Source: Sphaerodactylus townsendi (Eukaryota). From it: a DNA stretch of 64,000 nt. Shown here one piece after another: positions 25,469-38,695 of this stretch (positions are counted from its first letter, which is position 1; every line of letters begins with the position of its first letter). Below the pieces are notes generated by a model. It was not told the origin of the DNA and searched no databases. It worked only from the letters and a program-made list of their open reading frames with translations. The DNA is taken from contig NC_059435.1 in NCBI RefSeq assembly GCF_021028975.2, positions 40,238,001 to 40,302,000 of the forward strand. The letters are read 5' to 3'. The position numbers and the translations under genes were made by a program.

Positions 25469-26059
25469 CTTTCTATTGTAAGTTTTCCCCCTTTCTTTCT
25501 CCCACCCCCCTTTGCGCCTTTTCTGGTTTGTGCCTCCTTAGTTTTTATCTGTCCCAACTGAGCAAAGTTGGAAAAGAAACTCTCTCTAATGCAACTCATT
25601 TCAGAGCAATTGTCCAACAGACCGCTGGAGCTAAAGTTGCTCTTTGGATGGGACTTTATGTTAGGTATCCACAGGCGTGGGTTGAGGGAAGAAAGCTGAA
25701 GGCTGGCTGGTTCGCTATGGGGGGAAACACCCTGCCTTCTTCATTCCTCTAGATCCTTTAAATCTCCTGGCAAACCAAGCCCTGTGCCCATAGGTTTACA
25801 AAGATAGTGCTGCAGACCTTCTCCAGTTTCTAAGCACTATCCAGCTACGACAACACCCGCCAGTCCCCATTATCACACCACTTTTCCCCTTAAAATGTTT
25901 TTGGGGTGGTTACTCTACTTATTCAATTCTGTTACAGTTAAGTTTTGCTAGAAATGTAACGTTACTTACCCCCACCAGGGCTTGAATGGTTAACTCCTCT
26001 CAGCTTCTAAGAGCAACTAAAGATTTGCTCATTTACTGACAGGCTACATTGATGTCTTC

Positions 26060-26290
26060 CTTTAAAAGTTATAAAACAATAAACTTTATAAGGCCCAGTT
26101 CCGGCTATATGACATTTGGTGCCAAATGAATAGGGTTTTGTCTATGAATTAGATTGTAAAATCACCCGTAGAACAGACAGATAGGCTCACTGGCTGTAAA
26201 AAGTCACGTGGTGCCATTAAAGTAAGTTTTATGGTTTTGGGGAGTTGTCATCCAACATTATATGCCACATAACATATAATCTCACTGACG
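26060..26290. promoter_or_regulatory. Conserved element 3' of HOXA5 (Cdx-site-rich enhancer / candidate distal promoter)
   Basis: Dense CAATAAA, TTTATA, GTAAAA and TTTTATGG sites plus ACTGG-N11-CACGTG. Position matches the Hoxa5 downstream mesodermal enhancer region (from memory). Confidence 0.6.
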
Positions 26291-29200
26291 CTGGACTTCA
26301 TTTGACTCTTTTGCAGGCTATGGGTGCCTCCTGGTCATTCCAATTGTCAGTTTTAGGTACAGAAGTATCTATTGTCCAAGTTCTCAATAACTCTGTGAAA
26401 AAATGGCTCCTGGCAAGTGAAGGTAAGTTTTGTGCACAAGTTCCTTAAGTTTATTTGTAAGGGAACTCAGCTCTCCTTGCTTGGGGTTCTTGAATGGTCA
26501 CAGTGATTTCTTAAAGTTCTCTCTTAAAGATGCAGATTTATACCAGGAAAGAGGGATTTTCCTTCAATCTACTGTAATTCTTCAGGCTCAGCAGTTACTG
26601 AACTCAATATTTTATCAATCAAATCCAAGTAACCCATAATAAGTGACTTTGGCAGAGATGGATTTTGAGGCCTAACTTTAATTACTTTGACTATAGCAAA
26701 TGATAATGACTTCCTTTGCTTCACGGACTTTCCAGTTTTTAATGATTTTGTTTATCAAGGAGCAGAGACCGCAGGCGATGTTTAGAAAGAAAGGTTACAG
26801 GCGATCTGTTGAACCAATTTCCCTATCTCTGTGGATGTTTAGAATTTAGTAAACTTTTTGTCTCTCAGAATATGGAATTTGCTCCTGGAACTGTTGCTTT
26901 TGTGTTTGGGTTATTTTGGATTTCTCTGTTCAGAACTGGCTTTCCCTACATGCACATGTCTCCATATGCAAAGTACACCATTGCTGTAGATTCCTGGTCA
27001 TGTCAGTGTATTTTCACCAGTTTCTCTGTTCTGGAAGGACCAAATTGACTGTAATTTTAACGGGAGCTTCTACATCCCATTAGAGTACTTGAAATTATGA
27101 AAGAGAGGTTTATAGGAGACTGTAAATAACCCCCCATTTATATAGATATCTGTATTTTTACTAGCTGGCAATTGCAGGGTAGGCCACAGCTGTCTGTTTA
27201 TTATCAGCATTCTTTTTATTTAAGTCGACTCTTCTCACCAGAGTGTGATTACTCAGCAATAAACTTTATGGCCGGATTTAACTTTAGGTCTTTGAATTTT
27301 CAGGGTTGAAAGAAAGCGTGAAACAGCAGCCCTTTTTTCCCCTGCTGCGCCTCTTCCCTTTCTTCATTGGTAGCGAGGTCAGATCCTGGAAAATCCTTAC
27401 TGATACCAATCCTAGGCAGGCCTGTAATGTATTTGTATTTCCTACTAACAAAATCCCATGCAAGTGAATTAAGAACTGGAAAGACTAAACCTAATTATTG
27501 TAAAGAAAAGCAGATTGACTTATAGATTCCTTAGGGCTGCCAAAATATTGGGGTTTAAAATAGCAGCTCCACTCTTACTTGAGAAGAACTTGGTTGTATA
27601 GTGCTATAGTTTCCTACTTGTTGTGTACATATTCCAATCAGGATCTTTGAAGAACAGCTTACTTCCCCTTTCAAGAACTAGCAGCAAATCTTGGGTCAAA
27701 AGACGATGCAATTGGTGACAATCAGATTTATTCCCAAAAAGTGTGTCTAAGATTTTGGCCAAAGTGCTCCACAGTCCCAGTTTTCTGGTATATTTTTTTT
27801 TAACCTCACTTAAGGTCTGAAGGGTGTCTGACAACCTAACCGCATACTGTGTAGCCAGATAAAAGAACCTCTTATGACTCGCCTCCTAAATCTAAACATT
27901 TGCAAAGGTTAAGAAAGTTCCTTGTAATATTTCTAGGGTACCTTTTGAGTGGATTGCCATTTTTAAAGTATTTGTTTTCTTCTCCTGGATTATTAGTGTC
28001 TTTCCCCGAACATCAAGAGAGGGTTGATGTACACATAAGAAACTAGCAGGGGCAATTTAAGTGCATTATACATCAGCTCCCACTCTATATTGTTGAACTA
28101 ATCATATAAAATCTAATCTTTAGCATATCTATTGCTTTCCTGGAACCTTCTTTCCCAAAGTCCCAATAGAAACGCCAGTAAACCCACTGGAAAGTAGTCG
28201 CTGGGAATATATGTCGCAAAATGCAGAGAGTGGAACTTCTACAATTATTGGAAGTCTACTGCTGCTGGGGGAGGGGGCCTCCAGAAAACGAAACATGTTG
28301 CAATGCAAAGCCAAACCGCTCTGGAAGACTGACAATTTTATCCCCAGTTCAGTTAAATTTAAATACCTGAATTTAAATGTATCTCATTCCACTTCTATCA
28401 GTGGGTCAATGCCTGGCTTCTAAAACCTTTCCTTGAAAGTGAGTCCGCTCTGCAAACCTCCACATAAAATGGGAAGCTTCCTTTGTTTGACTGCAAATCT
28501 ACAGTTTCAGTTTAAGGGGGCTGGAATCAGTTTATTCCTCCTCCAAATTGACACCCAGGGGCTCCGATTAAATAAATGTGAAGTCGTTCAGGAAGGGAGT
28601 GGTTTAAAACTGAGACCCACACTGCTGTGGAAGTATTTTTAAATCAGCTGGGTTTACTTCTAAATAAATGTTGCTTGGGAACTAGGTGGACTTAATTGCA
28701 CAATGTTTTCCAGATTTGAAATGTTAGTTACTTCTCTGATCTACCTGCCTATCCATTTGTAGCACTCTATTCCTTTCATTCATCTGAACGAAAAGGTGGT
28801 TGAGCGGAGAGACCTAAACCACAGAACAAATCGGACTCGCTTGTATGCCTCCCCTCCCCCCAAAACACACCCCACTCTTCCAGCGCCCCAAAATAAATAT
28901 CTGGAAAACTGCCACTCGGGTTCAACATAGTTTTCAACTTCATAGCAACATCTCTTTGCCATCGAAATATGCAGACAATGAACAACACACAAAAGTTAAA
29001 ATACCAAAATACTTCACAAAGAGAATTTGAAAAATAATCTATTTATTTATACTATAAGCATCGTTGTTTCGTGAGGATGACTGCCCTGTTCACTACGTTG
29101 TCTTCACTCGACTGGAGGAGGGTTTATTTTACTTAAACAGTTGTCCCAGAGCATCTGACTATCAGTTATAGGCCAATGGCTCAGACCTAAGAGCCAGACC

Positions 29201-32200
29201 ATCTGTAGGTTAGACAAGCTTTTGTGTTTACATCCAGGAAGTTAGAGAGCCGCAGTTTCTTTTAAAGTGTAAAATGGCTTTTGAAAGTCACATGATAGGT
29301 AGGTTTGCTAGTGCCCTTCTTAACAAAGCCTTCTGGGAAAATTCCTAGTCCCCCTCTATTCCTTATCACCACAAAGGTGACATCACGAGTTCTTTCTACC
29401 TTGGGTAAAGCAAGTTTAACTTTCCATAACAGAGCATCGCATTTTTATACAGCTTATCTTGTTCAGCCAATCATGCTGGTGGATTACGTGGCTATTCTTT
29501 CCTACCATTCACCACACGTTTGAAAGAGAAAGGCTGCATTTTCGTAAAATACAGGTTTGGGATTCTACTAATATAGGTTACACAATGTTTGCAAGATTCC
29601 TATTTATTTTTGCAGTAATATATATATTACCTATATATATATATATAAAATAAATATAATATGATTCATCTTAAATATATACAGTAAACCGCACAAAACT
29701 ATGTGTTGCTTACGTAGATCCAAACCATGTTGTACGACTAGAGAAAGAAAACAGGACATTTTGCAAAGGGGTCCTTTTCCTGGGAACAGAAGGCATCTAT
29801 TCCTTTCCCCCCTTTCCCTTCCGAAACGGCTTTTCAGTAATAATATTTGTTATGAAGGTTATTGGGTAATTATTGCAATTTTGTGAAACGGTCCTTGCTC
29901 GAGGTGAAGTCTGTCTCTAGATAATAAATGGCAGCTCTCGCAGTTCATTGCCAGGTTAAGTAAATGCAAAACCAAGATAAATCTGCACCCTCTAAGACTC
30001 ACCAGCAGAGCTCGCTTTAGACCAAGTTCACAGTCAACCCTCTTCTCCCTAGGCAAGGCTCCGCAAACCCGTTAGATCTGTTGTTTAATATTTTTTGGAA
30101 GAAATCATGGAGAAATGAGCAAACTCTCACTAGCGTCTAGTTGCATAAAAGACCACAAGGGCAGTGCCTACCTTTTCATCCAGAATTTACCCACCTGTCA
30201 CGGGAACCTCACAGCTTCTCTGAGTTTGAAGCTGGGTCCTCCAGCCCTGGTCGCTGGGTTTTGGAAAACTGATTTGACAGAAGCGCTGGTTTTTTAAAGA
30301 AACAAACATCTACATTAAAAAAATAAAAATAACGAACGCTTTAGAAACTCGAAAAAGGAAACCCCCAAGGCCACGGACACAAACAAGAGCGCGCCAGCCT
30401 CTTCTCAAAGGAGCTTCCATCGCTTTTGTATATCTTTGCGGCTAGGGCGTAACAACTTCGGGTCAAAAAGTTGAGGGTCAAAAGTTTACGTTTTGCACCG
30501 CTCTTCGTCATGCGCCCAGACAGAGTTTGATGTCAATGTTATAGCCAAGATCTTGACTATCAACACAAAAGATAAAATGGCTTTGAGTGAGGCGTGTATC
30601 GCAGTATGGACTCCAGGTGAACTCAAGTGGCTGAATGACCTCAATTACCGAGGAGAGGAGAGAAATCCCTCTTTTCAGCATTAATACGCGTTGAATGCTC
30701 AGCCACATTTCCCCACCGAATAGTGTCGGCTGGCAGATGCATCAGGTGAACACTTCCCTTCCCTTTACACGCGCTCACAGTTCGCACATGCCGTTTTTAA
30801 AAGCGCAACCTAGCCTGGTCAGTGCAAGAGTTTTAATAAGTCTGAGCGCAATCTTCAGTGAATTTCCAGTTGTCTTTTGAGTTCCTCCTGTGGATAACAA
30901 AACGCTGTCAACCACGGTCCCTAATAATATTTGCTTAAGTGGGTGGACCGCGTTGGCCGTTTCCCTTTTGAATAGGGTAGGGAGATAAAATACAGTTGCC
31001 ATCAAACCAAATAGTGACTCTTTTCTGATTAGGATTTCGGAGGTTATCTCTCAAGGTTCCTGTGCAAACTCTGCCGGTGGCAGTAATCGCCTATTATTAA
31101 AGAAGGACGCAATTGCTCCTATCTGGAGAACTATTTCTTTCTAAGAAGTAGAGGTGGGTGGGTTTATTTATTTGGTTAGATCAGCCGGGTTGTTTTACCA
31201 GAAAAAAAATCCCATATTCCATAGGGAGATTTGGTGCACCTTGTAATTACTAAGTCAATATATAGAAAATAATCGTTAAAATCATAAGTGATCAGAGTTC
31301 ATAAAATGTGGGGTATGGCCTGGAAACAGGCTTTTAAAAGTTGTGCCTACTAGTAATACACAAGTGCCTACCAGTAATACACTAGTAATACAAAGCACCA
31401 GGATATATAGAAAAGCTGTGATTCTTTTATCTCTTTCTAGTATAAGTCAGCCTCGGAATATCCAGCATCCTCTTCTCCATTTGCGGTGGAATTTTAAAAA
31501 TAAATAAATCTAGCCACACAATATGGAGCTGATATCTGGAACACATGGTGATGACAGAGGTTGCTTCCATGAAATATAAAGTGAACATCTGCCTGGCCAC
31601 ACGCTCACAAGCAAACCTTCATGATATGAATCACTAAATATCATGGTGGGATATGCTGCTGAATATCAACTTATAAATACAGAAATAGGAAGACTCTTTA
31701 AAATATCATATTGTTTTGAGTCTGTTTGGAATCAAACTGCTCGGTTTAGCGCTGTGTAAAAGAGACCAAGGAGAAATTTGGCCTCCTCTTGGCTCAAGAA
31801 CTTGTTCAAGAGCCGTCTCAAGGACTGCCTGCTCTTTAGCATGTTTACATTTATCAGCATTTTTTAAAAAAAACCCTTCTGCAGAAACCCTTTTGCGCAG
31901 TTTCTCCTAGGAACCCACGTTACTCTGTTAAGATGTGATCCTTCAGAGAATCACCGTGTTCAACTTCTACCTCAAATGCCTCCCCTTCCACAGCCACCCA
32001 CCTCCAGATGTGTGTTTATTTACATTCTTGGACAACCATATCCTCTGAATGCCCACTTGTCAAAATAATGCTAATAATACTAATACTAATACTGATACTA
32101 CTACTACTACTAATAAATAACATAGTACCTAGGAAGTATGAGGCAAAAGCAACAGAAATAGCTAATACTGAGAGAGGGTGATTCCATATTTCCATTTTAG

Positions 32201-32377
32201 TATCTTTCCTGATTCCAGTCCCACGTCCTACATTTTATAACGATCCTCCAGCCCTTCTCCATTTTCCTTTTCGAGTCAGTGACCTGAGCAAAGACTCTCC
32301 CCCTCCCCATCTTTTAAAAGACACTTCTTAAGACCTCGCAGGGGGAAAAAAGAAGAAAAAAACTAAGTCCAAGGCCG

Positions 32378-32394
32378 AGGTGAACTTCAGGTCA
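32378..32394 (+). promoter_or_regulatory. DR5 retinoic acid response element 5' of HOXA4
   Basis: AGGTGA-acttc-AGGTCA, matching the known Hoxa4 5' RARE in sequence type and position. Confidence 0.88.
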
Positions 32395-34372
32395 GCGCGT
32401 CTAACAAATATGAAAATGTCGCTTGCTGAAGGGCACGCCTTGTTATTTAACAAAGACTGTCAATGTGTAAGATTAATAAGAAACAAAATGCGCCCGGTGT
32501 CACCCTTCGGTCACTTTGAAACTTGGGGCAGGGCTGCATTCAAGAGGGAGCGCTGGACTAACTATATTCAAAAATGCTGCAAATCATATTCAAACCAGGC
32601 TGCCGGGTGTCCTTCTCTTGCCCCCCCCTCCCATCTCCCCACCCCATCCGTTCCTCTCTCCCTCTCTGTCTTCCAGGCGCGTGGACAAGTTGAAAAGTTT
32701 AAACGAACCCCATATATATGTCCTGGAGAGAGAGACACACACAAACACGTAGAACTCCGGTCTGTACATTGATTTTATTTGTTCATGGGAAGCTAATGGT
32801 AACTTGGGGGAGGGGGGGGGCTCATACTGCGAGCAGTTTGGCTGTGTCCGGGAGATGAGATCGGCGCCCGTCTCTCCGGTCGTATTTCAGTGGATCTCCG
32901 GAGCTCTTTTCTACCAAGGTCCTGCTGCAAAACGTTGACTTGTGTGTGTGTATGTGGGGTGTGTGTGTGTGTGTAAAGATACACCTTTTTGTGTGTATTT
33001 GCGAAGGGCGTGTGACTCTCTGACGTTTGGTCAGGCCAGGTTTCCGTGTAGGTTCGCTGGGAGGTTGCTCAGCGGAACTATAAATCTGTGGGGGGGGGGG
33101 GGGGGAAATGGACCAGGCCCCTTGCGAGATAACTCTTGGTGGTCTCGGCTGAGCTCTTGTTTACGGTAGGTAAGCCGCCCAGACAAGGAACAGGCCCATC
33201 TTTGCAGCCTGGTCGAACCCCCCCAAAAAACCACCAGGCTGCCGCTGAGCAGCGCAGGTCACCTTGGAGATTTACAGGCCTGGAGCCCAGCCTCGGCATT
33301 TATTTCCGTTGAACTAAGCAAAGGAGACACCCAGTGGAAAGCCGTCCAGGGGAGCAGGCGTAGCTCTGAGATGTAATCAGGATAATTAATATTAAACAGC
33401 CCCTGCGACGTCCTCCGAACGTAATAATCTGCAGACACACATACCCCCCAAAAAGGTACTCGCTTTCCTTGTTTTTCTCTCTTTAAAAATTTTGTAAGAA
33501 CGCATCCTCATTCTTTTTTTTAATGTACTACGGTCTCCAGATCCAAGGGCGCCCTTTATTTTAGCAGGGATGGGTGCAGTTTATATCTTAAATTCATGGC
33601 GCAAGTGTGTATGCTCCAGTGTACATTGGCTATATCAGCGCATGGATAATCTGAGCCGGAGGGGAGAGAGGAGACCTTTTAAACCCATCTTGGGGTAACG
33701 TTGCTATCTGTAATGGGTAAAGAGGGGTGTATGTGTGTGTATGTGTGGGGGGGTGACACCTTAGAGTGGAATCAATGTAAACTGTGAGGAAGGACTGAAG
33801 CCGATCTGTGGTTTTACTGGAGTCAAGGGCCGGCCACGAGCGTTATTTTGTCCAGTGCTCGCCTTTCCCGCTGCTTCTAAGTTTTTACGGCCTGCTCAGT
33901 ACCAAGCGACATAATATGTGCTTTCCAAAATATGAGGTCTCAGAGAAAGCCTTTCATGTGAGGTATAGGAGAGAGGAGTAAGAAAAGGAGGCTGCTGACA
34001 TTTCAGGGCAGAAGGACTTCTAATTTTTTTTTAAAAAAAAACTCTTTTAATCTGCCAGGACAGTGTAAGTGAGTCCCACCACCTTGGAGAAGGGAATATG
34101 ACTTATATGGGCATCAAAACTATAAAATATGGCAAGCAGAGTGACAGACATTTGTAAGTGGATTGAATGGGTGTTTAAGAGAGAAGTAATTTTTATTCAA
34201 GTATGTATTTGCGGTCACCACAATAGTCGAACTGTCCGCTATTTTGAGCGAAATAAACATATGGAAAATAAGTGACCATATTATATTATATGAATGTTTA
34301 AGTGGGGCCTCGGGAGAAAGAAGGTGAGCTTTAAATCAAGCAGGTTTTTTGCTCCCTCATTTGTGTCCCTGA

Positions 34373-34422
34373 ATATTTTTAATGCATATTTTAATATTTT
34401 TTAATATTTTTAATATTTTTAA
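34373..34422 (+). repeat. AT-rich (ATATTTTTA)n degenerate tandem repeat
   Basis: About 5 imperfect 9-10 bp units. Confidence 0.75.
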
Positions 34423-35880
34423 CATTTCAGATATTAAAATAGCAGGCAGAAGTGCGACAGATGCACCAGAAGACTTAAATTAATATGTCCTTTTAAAAAA
34501 ATGACCTAATTTTAACCTTCAGATTTCAATTACCCTAGGTCAGGCAGTCGCTTTCTTTTCCCTCCTGAGCGCCTAGCAGAACAATTTTCTGCAATTGTAG
34601 CAGAAGTCGAAGAGATTATGCACATCTCCCAACTGAAAGATTTACAGTACTTATGGCCCTTTTAAAACAGTGAACATTTAGAGTATGGAAAAATAACCTT
34701 CCCTTCAAGGGAAATATTCAGGCTTGTTTCTGGTAACTACACGGGGCTATTTATTTATGTATTCATCCCTCCATTCATTCAGGAATGCGGATGACCTAAA
34801 CGCTTTTCCGAACTACTGCAAGGTTCCAATATCTATCTATCTAGTGTTGTGTTGTTGTTTTTTAAACAATTTCCTTTTATAGCACCTTCCCTACCTAATT
34901 ACTTGCCACCTTCGCTTCCATTTTCACCAAGGGGTGGAGGATTTTGCCATAATTAAATGACCGTAAAAGAGCAGCATTTAAAAGCCCTGGAGAGGTCTCA
35001 AAGAGAAACAAATCTCTGCCTGCAGTCAGGTGCCCGCGTTGCTGTAAGATTGAAGCATCGCGTGGATTGCGCTGCCCCCGACCCAGTGGCGGCCTGGCGC
35101 AATCTCCTTAGGCGCACGGAAAGACACAATTGTGGCTCAAGCCTGCAGTGGTCTTGCAGGGCCTCAACAGGTCTGGGAAAGGGAGGTGCGGCAGAATAAC
35201 TCTTGCATTGCGTTGGCTGATCTGTGTTAGATGCATTAATCAGAACTCTCGTTCTCCTTACCTATTTCCTCGCAAGCCAGTCCCCGAGAACGTGGTGTTA
35301 ATGTTTGTCGTCAGAATTTCACACAGACGAGATGGCCGCCCTTCCTCCAGACATCCTTTAATCGGGAATAAAGACCCCCCCCCCTTCCTCAAATGCGGAT
35401 TAATAAAGGATTCAAATGACCACTCCATCCAAAAACAGGTATGGGGCGAAGGGACCCTAAAGCAATCTGATTAAAGGAGGATGTTAGGAGAAGAAGGAGT
35501 GAAGGAGGCATCTAGTCTGTGTGATTTCAGCTGGACGATCTCACAAGCCAAGTACGCATCTTTGGCTCTTTTCACCGAGCTCTAGGGTGGGGGCGGGGGG
35601 GGAGGAGAGAAAGAAACAAGGTCCCCGACAGAGCAGGCAAGGTCTGAGCGCCTCGTTGCCTCCGAATTGCTGGATCCCCACCCCCCACCCCGGTAAATCG
35701 CCTGTCATTCGGAATCCGGTTGACTCGGAGGACGTCCAGGGCGTGCTGGAGGGGACCTCCTCTGCCCGAAAAACCTCAGGGGGAAAGGCTGACCGAGACG
35801 GTCCCGGGATCGCCCTCCAGCCCCCCATTCTCTCTCCCCCCCTTTGTATTTCCTGATCCGGGCTCTGCACTGGCGCAGCA

Positions 35881-35906
35881 ATTGGCCCTGCTGGTCATGT
35901 GGGTGG
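35881..35906 (+). promoter_or_regulatory. HOXA4 promoter CCAAT/E-box module
   Basis: ATTGG-N10-CATGTG (GGTCATGTGG) about 240 bp upstream of the ATG. Confidence 0.6.
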
Positions 35907-36136
35907 CAGCGGGGTGGGGGTGTGCCCGGCTGTCTCGGGGTGGGAACTGCAGAGTGGGGGGAGGGGGGAGGCCCAAACTTTGGCAGGCTGCTCTTGACAA
36001 CAGCAGCAAGGAGAAGGGGAGGGGGGAGAGAGGGAGGGAAGGAAGGAAGGCGGAAGGGGGAGGAGGGGAGGGGCCTCGGCGAGCCCAGAAAAACGACAAC
36101 GCGAGAAAAATTAGTATTTTTGCACTTCACAAATTA

Positions 36137-36821
36137 ATGACCATGAGTTCGTTTTTGATAAACTCCAACTACATCGAACCCAAATTCCCTCCTTGCGAGG
36201 AATATTCTCAGCACGGCGGCAACGGCGGCGGGGGCAACTACCACACGCATCACCCCCCGCACCACCACCACCACCAGCAGCACCAGCAGCCGCCGACGCC
36301 GCCGCAGCACCTGCGCCAGCAGCAGCAGCACCCGGGTCAGTCCCTGCCCGAGTACTACCCGCGGCCGAGCAGAGAGCCCGGCTACCAGCCTTCTCTTCCG
36401 GCGCCTCCGCCGCCGCCGCCGCCTCCGCCGCCTCCTCCTCCTCCTCCCGAGGCGCTCTACCCCGCGCAGCCACCCCACTACCCCGAGTCGCCTTACAGCT
36501 ACGCCAACCTCAGCGCCCCCGCGGGGCCGGAGCAGCCTCCGCCGGGGACCTCCCCGCCACCCAATCCTTCTCTTCATCCTCCTCCTCCTCCAGCGCCAGC
36601 TCCTCCCGCCTTGAAAGGCCACCCGGTCCAGGCGCAGTCCCTGCTCCAAGGCCACGTCCCTTCTTCGCACCCCCACCAACCCCCCCAGCGCCACTGTGAA
36701 GCTGCGGCGGGCGGCGGGGGCAACCCCGCTTGCCCCCTGTTGCCGGACAAGAGCCTCCCCGCCCTCAAAGGGAAAGAGCCGGTGGTGTACCCCTGGATGA
36801 AGAAGGTCCACGTGAACACGG
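36137..36821 (+). CDS. HOXA4: Homeobox protein Hox-A4, coding exon 1 (join 36137..36821,37275..37609; 339 aa)
   Basis: MTMSSFLINSNYIEPKFPPCEEY start, Pro/His/Gln-rich middle, KEPVVYPWMKK hexapeptide. Donor ACGG|GTGAGT at 36821/36822. Syntenic between HOXA5 and HOXA3. Confidence 0.94.
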
Positions 36822-36982
36822 GTGAGTTGACCTTCTCCAAGGGGAGCCGGGACCCCGGGGGGGGGGGTGAGTACGTGTGGCTGGGTCCTCTTTTGTGAGT
36901 GTGGCTGAGGCGGAGAGAGAAGGTATTTCCGGAGAAAAAGGGAAAACGTGAGAATCCTTTTGTAGGCCAGGCCTTCTTCCGA

Positions 36983-37115
36983 TAGATTTACGAGGCAACC
37001 TAGCGATAGGGTAGCAATTACAGCCCCCATAAATTGAATTGCCTGGCACTGGCTCTAGGCCGTGTGTCTTTGAAGCTTTTCTTGGATCCAAACGCACATC
37101 ACCATTTTTTATGGC
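36983..37115. promoter_or_regulatory. HOXA4 intronic HB1-like homeodomain-binding element
   Basis: AGATTTACGA, CAATTA, CCATAAATT and TTTTATGG clustered in the intron, as described for Hox4 introns. Confidence 0.6.
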
Positions 37116-37274
37116 TCCCCAATTGTCTCCTATTGTCCAAAGCCGCTGAACCCCCCCCCCCCGCCCCCGTATCTGAACTAAGCCCCGCTGTCGAGTTATT
37201 ACATAATAATGACGGTGTCCCGTTGCCTTCTTCTCCTCCTCCTCCGTGTGCCTCCTGCGCCTGGCTGGAGTCAG

Positions 37275-37609
37275 TCAACCCCAACTACACCGGAGGGGAG
37301 CCCAAAAGGTCCCGAACTGCTTACACGAGGCAGCAAGTCCTGGAGCTGGAGAAGGAGTTCCACTTCAACCGCTACCTGACCAGGAGGCGACGCATCGAGA
37401 TCGCGCACACCCTCTGCCTCTCTGAGCGGCAGGTCAAGATCTGGTTTCAGAACCGCCGCATGAAGTGGAAGAAAGACCACAAGCTGCCCAACACCAAGAT
37501 GCGCTCCTCCAACCCCTCCGCTCTCAACCAGCAAGCCAAAGCGCCTGCTCAACAGCAGCAGCAGCCGCCACCCCGGGGGAGGCTCACCCCCAGCTCAACA
37601 GCGCTATGA
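37275..37609 (+). CDS. HOXA4: Homeobox protein Hox-A4, coding exon 2 (homeodomain)
   Basis: Acceptor gtcAG|TC restores [34 protein letters not shown]...[16 protein letters not shown] at 37607-37609. Confidence 0.94.
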
Positions 37610-38364
37610 TGGCCCCTCAAAGGCAAGGCACCCCCCACCCCAGCACAAATCCCAGGCCTTTATTCGTTGACCACCGGGACCAAATGACCTGTGCTGAAGT
37701 GTGGGGCAAAGGAAAGAACCCCAGAGCCCTGTTCAAAGGGTACGCAAACCAAAAAACTGCTCAGTGAGCTCATGGTCTGTAATGTTTGATTCCCACCATG
37801 TATGTTTCTCTCTCTCTTTCTTTAATTTATGGACTATACCGTCTCCCTGCAGCATTAAAGAACTGTGGATGCATCTTGTACCTGCGAAGGAAGGACCCTT
37901 TGTTGTGTATTTGCCTTCAGGAGTCAGCAGTGTTTATAAGTGACCTTGTGAGAGATGTGTGTGTGTGTGAACGGTAGGCCTGTGTTGTTCCGCCGGAATG
38001 CTCAAGCATAGACAGGCAGAAATAAGTCCATCATTTCATGGAAGTCTTTCAGATCTTCTGGGGTCAGAAAACACCTCCACGCTCCCCCCACCCCAAGGAC
38101 AGCAAAAACAGGTTTTCTATGTGCCAAGAACAATTTAACTTTTAAAAAGTGTACTCTCTGCTGTAATTGTGCTACGTAAGTGTGTGTCGTCCCTCCCCCC
38201 CCCACATGGTTTCCTTTGCACTTATTTAAAGGAAAGACAAAAAGTACTCCAATATTTGCTATTTCTGTCTTCTTATCCTGCCACTATCAAAGTCTGTGTA
38301 CAGTTTGTGGATTCTATGTGTATACATTTGTGAACGTGTGATGTATATAATGTCCAGTGCTGGA

Positions 38365-38370
38365 AATAAA
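38365..38370 (+). terminator. HOXA4 polyadenylation signal
   Basis: AATAAA, with a second ATTAAA at 38391-38396. Confidence 0.7.
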
Positions 38371-38695
38371 TACTGTGTACAGGAACAAAAATTAAAAGCA
38401 CTAGAAGGCAACACCAGAAGCATACAGTGGCGCTTTTTGAATATCATGTTGCTTTCTGTGACATGGAAAAAAGGAAGATTCACTGGAGTGGACTCTTGAC
38501 TTTACACAAATACACACATATACACACCATCAATTTCTGTGCAAAGCTGGAGAAGTGGGACTGAAGCTTCGTCTCCTTGTGCACTCGTCCTCGCACAGAA
38601 GTGGAGCCTGGTGCCCAGCTTTGAAATCAGACAAATGGAAACCCCAATCCTCAAAATGAATGAATCAGCAAAATCTGCAGAATTCCAAGTACTTA

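Noticed and set aside
31343-31392. Short direct repeats (GTGCCTACYAGTAATACAC x2; also 47610-47672) as CRISPR-like or functional arrays
   Set aside because: Two-copy local slippage duplications without spacers, in a vertebrate genome.
25500-36000. miR-10 hairpin between Hox5 and Hox4; miR-196 hairpin near HOXA9
   Set aside because: No TACCCTGTAGA mature sequence found. miR-196b would lie upstream of HOXA9, outside the window. Only target sites are present.
36134-37030. 298-aa antisense ORF and other overlapping ORFs on HOXA4, HOXA5, HOXA7 and HOXA3 exons
   Set aside because: Low-complexity shadows of GC-rich, stop-poor coding sequence with no recognisable domain.
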